A stretch of DNA of 50,859 bases from an uncultured Gemmatimonadales bacterium (lineage in GTDB: Bacteria > Gemmatimonadota > Gemmatimonadetes > Longimicrobiales > RSA9): the NCBI GenBank assembly GCA_963798085.1, contig CAWCRS010000006.1, positions 1 to 50,859 of the forward strand, read 5' to 3'. A program made the position numbers and the translations under genes. The notes under the pieces are model-generated. The model did no database searches. It saw only the letters and a list, made by a program, of their open reading frames with translations, and was not told the origin of the DNA. Positions 43,960-50,859 of the stretch are shown here, piece after piece (positions within the stretch are counted from its first letter, which is position 1; every line of letters begins with the position of its first letter).

Positions 43960-44415
43960 GTGTCGCAAGCCAGCATACCCCTCATCGTCGCACTCGCGCT
44001 CCTGGCTTCCTGCGGCCCATCCGGGCGCGACGCGCAAGCGAGGACCGACGTGACCCCGGCAACCCGTGATTCTTCGCTGGTACCGAGCTTCGTGGTACGC
44101 GTGGTGGGAGACTCCGTGGAAATGGTGCTGCGCGTCGCAAACGGGGGTACGTCGCCTGTGGCCCTGCATTTCCGGAGCGCACAGCGGTACGATTTCGCGG
44201 TACGTGACGGGACGGGGGCGGAAGTGTGGCGCTGGTCAGCGGATCAGATGTTCGGGCAGGTGGTGGGGCAGGAGGAGGTGGCACCGGCGGCAGTGCTGGA
44301 GTATCGCGCCGTTTGGTCGCCCGGCGACCGCAGGGGCATGCTGCGCGCCGCGAGCCGGGTAACGTCGGATCCGCCCATCGATCTGGAGACGGAGTTCGAG
44401 CTGCGGGGCCGCTGA
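43960..44415 (+). CDS. Lipoprotein with BsuPI (intracellular proteinase inhibitor)-like domain
   Basis: Lipobox LASC; LHFRSAQRYDFAVRD..G.EVWRWS..QMF. Confidence 0.8.
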   Translation: MSQASIPLIVALALLASCGPSGRDAQARTDVTPATRDSSLVPSFVVRVVGDSVEMVLRVANGGTSPVALHFRSAQRYDFAVRDGTGAEVWRWSADQMFGQVVGQEEVAPAAVLEYRAVWSPGDRRGMLRAASRVTSDPPIDLETEFELRGR

Positions 44416-44499
44416 TCGGGTTGCGGCGCCGGGGCGGTGTTGTGTGGTGTGGAGCCCCGGGACAGGCACGGGCAGGCAGACGAGAAAACGAGGAGTCGG

Positions 44500-45525
44500 A
44501 TGGAAGCGAGGGCGATTCGGGAGACTCGCCAGGATGAGCAGGATATCATACTGCTCGAGAGTTTGACGGCGGCACGCGCGGCCCTGGAGACGGAAGTCGC
44601 GCGTCGAGTGATCGGGCAGCGCAAGATCGTCGAGGGTCTGCTGACCGCGCTGCTGGCCGATGGCCACGCGCTGCTGGTGGGCGTGCCGGGTCTGGCGAAG
44701 ACGCTGCTGGTTTCGACACTGGCGCAGGCATTGGAGCTGAAGTTCAGCCGCATCCAGTTCACGCCGGACCTGATGCCGACGGACATCACGGGAACGGAGG
44801 TTCTGGAGGAAGATCGCTCGACGGGGAAGCGGCTGTTCCGTTTCGTGCACGGGCCGGTGTTCGCCAATGTCATCCTGGCGGACGAGATCAACCGCACGCC
44901 ACCCAAGACGCAGGCGGCGCTGTTGCAGGCCATGCAGGAGCGTGCGGTCACGGTGGGCGGGGAGACCATGGTGCTGGACCGACCGTTCTTCGTGCTGGCA
45001 ACGCAGAACCCGATCGAGCAGGAAGGCACGTACCCGCTGCCGGAGGCGCAGCTCGACCGGTTCATGCTGGAGCTGCGTATCGAGTATCCAACGCGCGAGG
45101 AAGAGGAGCGCATCGCGCTGGAGACCACGGGTGCGGAGCTGCCGCAGGTGCAGCCGGTGCTGGGCGGGGCCGAGCTGCTGGGGCTGCAGAAGCTGGTGCG
45201 GCGCGTGCCGGCGCCCCCATCGCTGGTGAACTACGCGGTGCGGCTGGCCCGGGCGACGCGGCCGGGCGACGATGATTCGCCGGAGGCAACACGGCGTTAT
45301 GTGAGCTGGGGCGCGGGCCCGCGGGCTTCGCAGTATCTGGTGCTGGGCGCCAAGGCACGGGCGGCGATGTCGGGTCGCGGCGTACCCAACTTCGACGATG
45401 TACGCGCGGTGGCACCATCGGTGCTGCGTCATCGCGTGGTGACGAACTTCCAGGCGGAAGCGGATGGGCGGGCGACGGGCGACATCGTCGAGGAGCTGAT
45501 CCAGTTGAGCCGAAAATGGACGTAG
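44500..45525 (+). CDS. MoxR-family AAA+ ATPase
   Basis: GVPGLAKT, RIQFTPDLMP.DI.G, LADEINR and ATQNPIEQEGTYPLPEAQLDRF. Confidence 0.95.
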   Translation: MEARAIRETRQDEQDIILLESLTAARAALETEVARRVIGQRKIVEGLLTALLADGHALLVGVPGLAKTLLVSTLAQALELKFSRIQFTPDLMPTDITGTEVLEEDRSTGKRLFRFVHGPVFANVILADEINRTPPKTQAALLQAMQERAVTVGGETMVLDRPFFVLATQNPIEQEGTYPLPEAQLDRFMLELRIEYPTREEEERIALETTGAELPQVQPVLGGAELLGLQKLVRRVPAPPSLVNYAVRLARATRPGDDDSPEATRRYVSWGAGPRASQYLVLGAKARAAMSGRGVPNFDDVRAVAPSVLRHRVVTNFQAEADGRATGDIVEELIQLSRKWT

Positions 45526-45556
45526 ACCGAAGTCCTCGCAGCGCGGAGCCGGGTGG

Positions 45557-46907
45557 ATGATCGGCATCTACGTCTTCGCGCTGGCCGTGGCCATTCTGCT
45601 GTCCGCTGTTTTCACGGTCTCCGAACTGGCCATCTTCACTCCGGCCGAATCCCGCATACGCGCGCTGGTCGAGGAAGGTGTGCGCGGCAGTGGTGCGCTG
45701 GCGCAGCTGCGCGCACGGCCGGAGCGCATTCTCGTCCTGTTGCGCCTCTGTGACACGCTCGCCGATCTCACTGCCGGCGCACTGGTCGCCGTGGCTGTCT
45801 ATGCGCGCTGGGAGACGCTGGCTCTGGCCCTGGCGCTGGGCGCCGTCGCGCTCATCGTGGTCTACGCCGGGGAGCTGCTTCCCATCGGACTCGCCGCCAA
45901 CTACGGACTGCGCCTGGCCCTCGGCGTGGCGCCGCTGTTCCTCGTGTGGACGCGCGTACTGGCGGTGCCCCTCGATGGTCTTTCCCGCCTGGCGCGGGTT
46001 CGGCCTCGCCGTGTGGAGTCGCTGGCCAGCGCCAGCACGGAAGCGGAAATGCGCCAGCTCATATCGCTGGGACACAGCGAAGGCGTGGTCGGCGAGCACG
46101 AGCGCGAGTTGATCGAGCGCGCCACGCGCGTGGATGACATCAAGGTCTGGGACATCATGACCCCGCGCGTCGAATGTGCTGGCGCTGCGCGATGATCTCT
46201 TGTTGCGCGACATTGTGCCGCAGCTGGGCGCACTGCGCTACTCGCGCGTTCCAGTCTATCGCGGCACCATAGACAACATCACGGGCGTGCTGTACCTGCG
46301 CGACGCGTACCAGGCCCTGGTATCGGGTCAGCGCGATGTGCCGCTGCGCGCGCTGGTGCGCGAGCCGCTGCTGGTACCGGGCTCGCTGCCGGTGACCCGC
46401 CTGCTGCGTGATTTCCAGGCGAGGCGCATACACATGGCCATCGTGGTGGACGAGTACGGCGGCACGGATGGTCTGGTCACGCTCGAGGATGTGCTGGAGG
46501 AGCTGGTGGGCGAGATCCACGACGAGAAGGACAGCACCGAGGAACCAATGGTGCGCGTCTCGCGCAACGAGATCGTGACTGCCGGTGATGCGGATCTGCG
46601 CGAGATCAATCACTTCTTCAACACCACGTTCCCGCAGCTCGAGCACCGTACGCTCAATGGCTATCTGCTGGAAGAGCTGGGGCGCGTGCCGGAAAAAGGC
46701 GAGAAGTTCGAGCGCGAGCAGATCGTGATCGAAGTGCTGGACGCCACCGACACGCAGGTCACGCGCGCCCGGCTCAGACGTGTGACTTCACCGGCCAATG
46801 CGACGACAGCATCGGGAACCTCACCGCGTCCGGGAGAGCCCGCGTCTGCTCCAGCGCCGGCACGCGAGCAGCCGGCCGAACGCGCGGCGTTGACGGACCG
46901 GGCCTGA
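45557..46907 (+). CDS. HlyC/CorC (CNNM/DUF21-CBS-CorC) family protein, frameshift near 46175
   Basis: N-terminal transmembrane helices, IMTPR, YSRVPVY and HMAIVVDEYGGTDGLVTLEDVLEELVGEI. Confidence 0.92.
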
Positions 46908-46911
46908 GTCC

Positions 46912-47892
46912 GTGGTGGCCAGCACACCCATCAGTGAACCCACGCTCCAGGACGTGCACGCCGCACGCGAGCGCATCCGTACGCACATCGTGCACACGCC
47001 GCTGGAGCGCTCCGCGTGGCTGAGCCGGCACGCGGGGATCGATGTCCATCTCAAGCTGGAGTGCTGGCAACGCACAGGTTCGTTCAAGCTGCGTGGCGCA
47101 CTGAATGCGGTGATGACGCTCTCACCGGAGCAGCTCGCCTGCGGACTGGTGACGGCATCGGCCGGGAATCACGGGCAGGCTCTGGCCCTGGCTGCGACCG
47201 GCTGCGGCGCGAGTGCCCGCATCTTCGTGCCGCGCACGGCGCCGCAGGTGAAGAAGGCGCGCATGCGCGGTATGGGCGTTGTCGTCGACGACAGCTGTGC
47301 CACCTACGACGAAGCCGAGGATGCGGCGCTGCACTGGGCGGACGCGCACAATGCCACGTTCGTGTCCGCGTTCTCCGATCCTGCGGTGGTGGCGGGCCAG
47401 GGCACGATCGCGCTCGAGGTGCTGGAAGCGCTGCCCAATGTGCGCACGGTTGTCGCGCCCGTGGGTGGTGGGGGCCTGACCGCAGGGCTCGGCCTGGTGC
47501 TGCAGCCGGCGGGCGTGCGCGTGATCGGCGTGCAGAGCGACCACACACCCAACATGCACGCCGCGCTCGAGGCCGGCGGCCGCCTGGTCGATTGCCCGGA
47601 ACTGCCCACACTGGCGGAAGGGCTGGCGGGCCGGACCGACCAGATCTCGGTGCAGCGCTCGCAGCGGCTGGTGGATGCCGTGCACCTGGTGCCGGAAGCC
47701 GCGCTGGCGCCCGCCATCCGCCAACTCTTCATTAACGACGGCGTGCTCGCGGAGGGCTCGAGCGCGGTCACGGCCGCGGCTCTGCTGGAACCCGGGCTGT
47801 CTCTGGAAGGCCCGGTGGTGCTGGTCATCACGGGTCGCAATCTGGACGCGGCCGTGCTGGGACATGTTCTGCTGGGTGAGCCGTGGCGCTGA
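46912..47892 (+). CDS. PLP-dependent threonine/serine dehydratase family, no ACT domain
   Basis: TGSFKLRGA, SAGNHG, GQGT and VGGGGL. Confidence 0.9.
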   Translation: MVASTPISEPTLQDVHAARERIRTHIVHTPLERSAWLSRHAGIDVHLKLECWQRTGSFKLRGALNAVMTLSPEQLACGLVTASAGNHGQALALAATGCGASARIFVPRTAPQVKKARMRGMGVVVDDSCATYDEAEDAALHWADAHNATFVSAFSDPAVVAGQGTIALEVLEALPNVRTVVAPVGGGGLTAGLGLVLQPAGVRVIGVQSDHTPNMHAALEAGGRLVDCPELPTLAEGLAGRTDQISVQRSQRLVDAVHLVPEAALAPAIRQLFINDGVLAEGSSAVTAAALLEPGLSLEGPVVLVITGRNLDAAVLGHVLLGEPWR

Positions 47893-48416
47893 TCATTCCC
47901 TTCGGCGGCCACACGCCGCGGGTGCATGCCACCGCCTGGCTGGCGCCCGGCGCGGTGCTCATCGGTGACGTCGAGGTGGGCGCCGAGTCCAGCATCTGGT
48001 TCGGCGCCGTGCTGCGCGGCGATCATCCGGATCACGGCATCCGCGTGGGGGCGCGCAGCAGCATCCAGGATAACTGCGTGTTGCACGTGAGTGCGCGCGG
48101 CCCCACCGTCGTCGAGGATGAGGTCACGGTGGGACACGGTGCGGTGTTCGAGAGCTGCACCATCCGGCAGCGCGCGCTGATCGGGATGAATGCCGTGATC
48201 CTGCACGGGGCGGTGATCGGCGAAGGCGCGCTGGTGGCCGCGCTGTCCGTCGTGCCCGAGGGCATGACCGTGCCGCCGCGCACACTGGTGGCCGGCGCAC
48301 CGGCGACCGTGCGCAAGACGCTGTCCGGCGAATCGGCCGAATGGGTACAGCACAGCGCGCAGCACTACGTCGACCTGGCTGCGCGCTACCGGGCCGAGCG
48401 CATCGGCAATGACTGA
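47883..48416 (+). CDS. Gamma-carbonic anhydrase/YrdA-like left-handed beta-helix protein
   Basis: IGDV, VLRGD, IQDNCVLH and VGHG; hexapeptide repeats. Confidence 0.92.
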   Translation: MALIIPFGGHTPRVHATAWLAPGAVLIGDVEVGAESSIWFGAVLRGDHPDHGIRVGARSSIQDNCVLHVSARGPTVVEDEVTVGHGAVFESCTIRQRALIGMNAVILHGAVIGEGALVAALSVVPEGMTVPPRTLVAGAPATVRKTLSGESAEWVQHSAQHYVDLAARYRAERIGND

Positions 48417-49539
48417 GCGCACGCACGACGTGGTGGTCATCGGCGGCGGCGTCATCGGCTGCGCCGTGGCCCGTGCCATTGCCATGCGGGGTCGCGGGGT
48501 GATGGTGCTGGAGCGCGCCGTGCCCGGCCGCGAGGCCACCTGGGCGGCGGGCGGCATGCTGTCTCCCCTGAGCGAGACGCTGCACGCACACGCGTTCTTT
48601 CAGCTGTCGGTGGCCAGTCTGGACCGTTACGCCGCGTTCGTCGCCGCCCTTGCCTCGGAGAGCGGCATCGACGTGGAGTACCGGCCGGCGGGGAAACTGC
48701 ACGTGGCGTTCACGGCGCACGAGCACGCCCGCCTGGCGGCGCTCGTCGAGCTGGGTCACGATTTCGGCGTGCAGCCGCTGTCCCCCGCGGATGCCCGCCG
48801 CCTGGTGCCGCAGCTGTCACCCGACATCGCGGGTGGCGTCTTCGTGGGCCGCGACCATCGCGTGGATAACCGCCTGTTGGGCGCCGCCGTGTGGAAGGCG
48901 GCGGAAGCGCGTGGCGTGCACTTCCGGCTGGACAGCGAAGTCACGCGTCTGGCAATGGGTCGCGGGAGCGCGCCGCGAGTCGAAGCCGTGCAGCTGCGCG
49001 ACGGCAGCACTGTGGCCGCGGACAGCGTTGTCATCGCGGCCGGGGCATGGAGCGGCGCGCTGGCCGGGCTTCCCGTGCCGCTGCCTGTGCAGCCGGTGCG
49101 CGGGCAGATGTTCGCGGTCGACGGCAGCGCGGATTTGCCCCTGGCGTACGTGGTGGAAGCACCGGGCTGCTACGTCATTCCGCGGGAGGACGGGCGCCTG
49201 GTGGTGGGCGCCACCGCCGAGCGTGTGGGTTTCGCCACGGGCCCGACGCCCGCCGGCGTGGCGCATCTGATGACGGCTGCCACGCGCGTGCTGCCCGCGC
49301 TCGGCGATCTGCCGCTGATCGAAACGTGGTCCGGCTTCCGCCCGGGCACACCTGACGATCTGCCCGTGCTGGGTCGCGATCCCGTGGTGCACGGACTCTT
49401 CTACGCCACCGGTCATTACCGCAACGGCATCCTGCTCGCGCCGGTCACCGCGGACATCCTTGCCGCACTGATCATGGAGGAAGAACCGCCCGTGGCAATC
49501 GCGGCATTCCGGCCCGGGCGCTGGCAGCAGGAATACTGA
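48409..49539 (+). CDS. thiO: Glycine oxidase
   Basis: GGGVIG, AAGGML, PVRGQ, GFRPGTPD and ATGHYRNGILLAP. Confidence 0.88.
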   Translation: MTERTHDVVVIGGGVIGCAVARAIAMRGRGVMVLERAVPGREATWAAGGMLSPLSETLHAHAFFQLSVASLDRYAAFVAALASESGIDVEYRPAGKLHVAFTAHEHARLAALVELGHDFGVQPLSPADARRLVPQLSPDIAGGVFVGRDHRVDNRLLGAAVWKAAEARGVHFRLDSEVTRLAMGRGSAPRVEAVQLRDGSTVAADSVVIAAGAWSGALAGLPVPLPVQPVRGQMFAVDGSADLPLAYVVEAPGCYVIPREDGRLVVGATAERVGFATGPTPAGVAHLMTAATRVLPALGDLPLIETWSGFRPGTPDDLPVLGRDPVVHGLFYATGHYRNGILLAPVTADILAALIMEEEPPVAIAAFRPGRWQQEY

Positions 49540-49826
49540 TGGCAGGCGACGATTCGATTCAACGCCCGGGACGTGATCCGGCTGCGGGCGCAGCCGCCGG
49601 TCCCGCGCGCGATGACGGCAGGACGGTCTCGCCGGACGCCGTTGTTCCTGACACTTCATTACGGGACGGCCCGGAAGAAACGGCGGAAACCGGAACGGTG
49701 TCGTCGCCTGCAGTATCCGACGAGCGCGTGTGGCAGTGCGATCTGTGCGGCGCGCGCATGCGGCAGCGGCACTGCAAGCTGCTGTGCCCGCAGTGTGGCT
49801 ACCAGCGCGACTGTTCCGATCCCTGA
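49539..49826 (+). CDS. Small C4 zinc-finger protein (HVO_2523-like C-terminus)
   Basis: TGATG overlap with thiO; CDLCG...HCKLLCPQCGYQRDCSDP. Confidence 0.7.
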   Translation: MAGDDSIQRPGRDPAAGAAAGPARDDGRTVSPDAVVPDTSLRDGPEETAETGTVSSPAVSDERVWQCDLCGARMRQRHCKLLCPQCGYQRDCSDP

Positions 49827-49829
49827 GGT

Positions 49830-50617
49830 TCAGCCGATACCGAGGACGCGCCTGACGTACCAGTCCATGATGGGCGTGCCCCAGACGTGCGCCACGGCGC
49901 CGCCCAGGGCGAGGAACGTGCCCAGCGGCAGATACGTGCCCATGGGCTGGAGCTGGTTGCGGCGCATCATGATGGGCACGCCGATGAGCAGTCCCAGCAC
50001 GGATCCTAACAGCAGTGTCAGAACGGCGCCGGCGGGTCCCAGGAAGGCGCCGATCATGGCCATCATGTGGATGTCGCCCACGCCCAGCGCATCCTTCCTG
50101 AAGGCACGCTCGGCGGCCAGCTTGATGAGCCAGAGGACCGCGTAGCTGCCGGCCGCGCCCGCCAACGACGATGTCAGGTGATGCCGCCGGGGATGGCGGC
50201 CAGGCCGAGGCCGATGAGTGTGCCGCCCAGTGAGAACTGGTCGGGGATGACCATCTCGCGCGCATCCGTCACCGCGATGCCCAGCACCAGCGTGAGAAAG
50301 GCCGCGGACGCAAAGCCCTCGACGGAGAGGCCGAAGCGCACGGCCGCCGCCGTCCAGATGAGGGCGACCGCCAGCTCGATGATGGGGTACTGCGCGGAGA
50401 TCGCAACACCGCATTTGCGGCAGTGGCCGCGCAGCAGCAGCCAGCCGAAGATCGGGATGTTGTCGTACCAGGACAGCGTGTAGCCGCAGGAGGGACAGCG
50501 CGAACGCGGGCGCACCACGGACTGCTCGGCGGGCCAGCGGTAAATGCACACGTTGAGGAATGAGCCGAACAGCGCACCCACCACGAACGCGTACAGCCAG
50601 ATCATCCAGTCGGGCAT
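49830..50617 (-). CDS. pilD: Prepilin peptidase (A24), frameshift near 50175
   Basis: GSFLNVCIYR, RSRCPSC, CRKC, D...IPD, G.GD and LPLGTFLALG. Confidence 0.92.
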
Positions 50618-50618
50618 G

Positions 50619-50859
50619 TCACCTTTCGCGTGTCAGCTGGTACAGCAGAATGCCGGCGGCGACGGCCACATTGAGCGATTCGGCGCCGCCCTGCAGAGGC
50701 ACCGCCACCCGCTGCTGCGCCGCCGTCATGATCACGTCGCTCAGCCCCGCGCCCTCGTTGCTCACCACCAGCGCGCTGCGCGGTGAGCGCGGCACCTGCT
50801 CAATGGGCGTCCCCTGCACGTGCGCCGCGAAGATGGCGAAGTCGCGCTGCTTCAGCCAC
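50619..50859 (-). CDS. TrmH/SpoU-family RNA methyltransferase, 5'-truncated by the window
   Basis: LVVSNEGAGL...VPL...ESLNVAVAAGILLY. Confidence 0.88.
   Translation of the reverse strand, partial: WLKQRDFAIFAAHVQGTPIEQVPRSPRSALVVSNEGAGLSDVIMTAAQQRVAVPLQGGAESLNVAVAAGILLYQLTRER

Overview
High-GC bacterial chromosome segment. The gene content (SusC/SusD pairs in a GC-rich genome, style of the atp operon) suggests Gemmatimonadota; this is an inference. From left to right: the decayed edge of a probable tRNA-Lys-integrated island (internally deleted TOTE-type primase/helicase gene plus a CcbP-like gene); the ffh-rpsP-rimM-trmD-rplS-rnhB operon; a REP-like repeat spacer; two tandem paralogous susC-susD pairs; purA, an M28 peptidase, a DapA-family gene and a PilT-family ATPase; suhB-PBP1A; pepP-ytxH-pdp-DUF3343; a translationally coupled REC-GGDEF/ligA/V4R/ruvX/mltG/thiE/rlmI-like operon; a PHP gene; a complete F-type ATP synthase operon; a BsuPI-moxR-hlyC-dehydratase-gammaCA-thiO-zinc finger operon; pilD and a partial TrmH-family gene. 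About a dozen genes, including ligA and atpD, carry frameshifts that most likely reflect long-read indel errors. The best leads are a possible ATP-sensing leader upstream of purA, a structured RNA between atpB and atpE, a Rex-like operator over the atp promoter, a V4R sensor plus diguanylate cyclase embedded in the ligA-mltG operon, and the duplicated SusCD locus that has no CAZyme neighbours. All family assignments come from motif recognition by eye, not from database searches.
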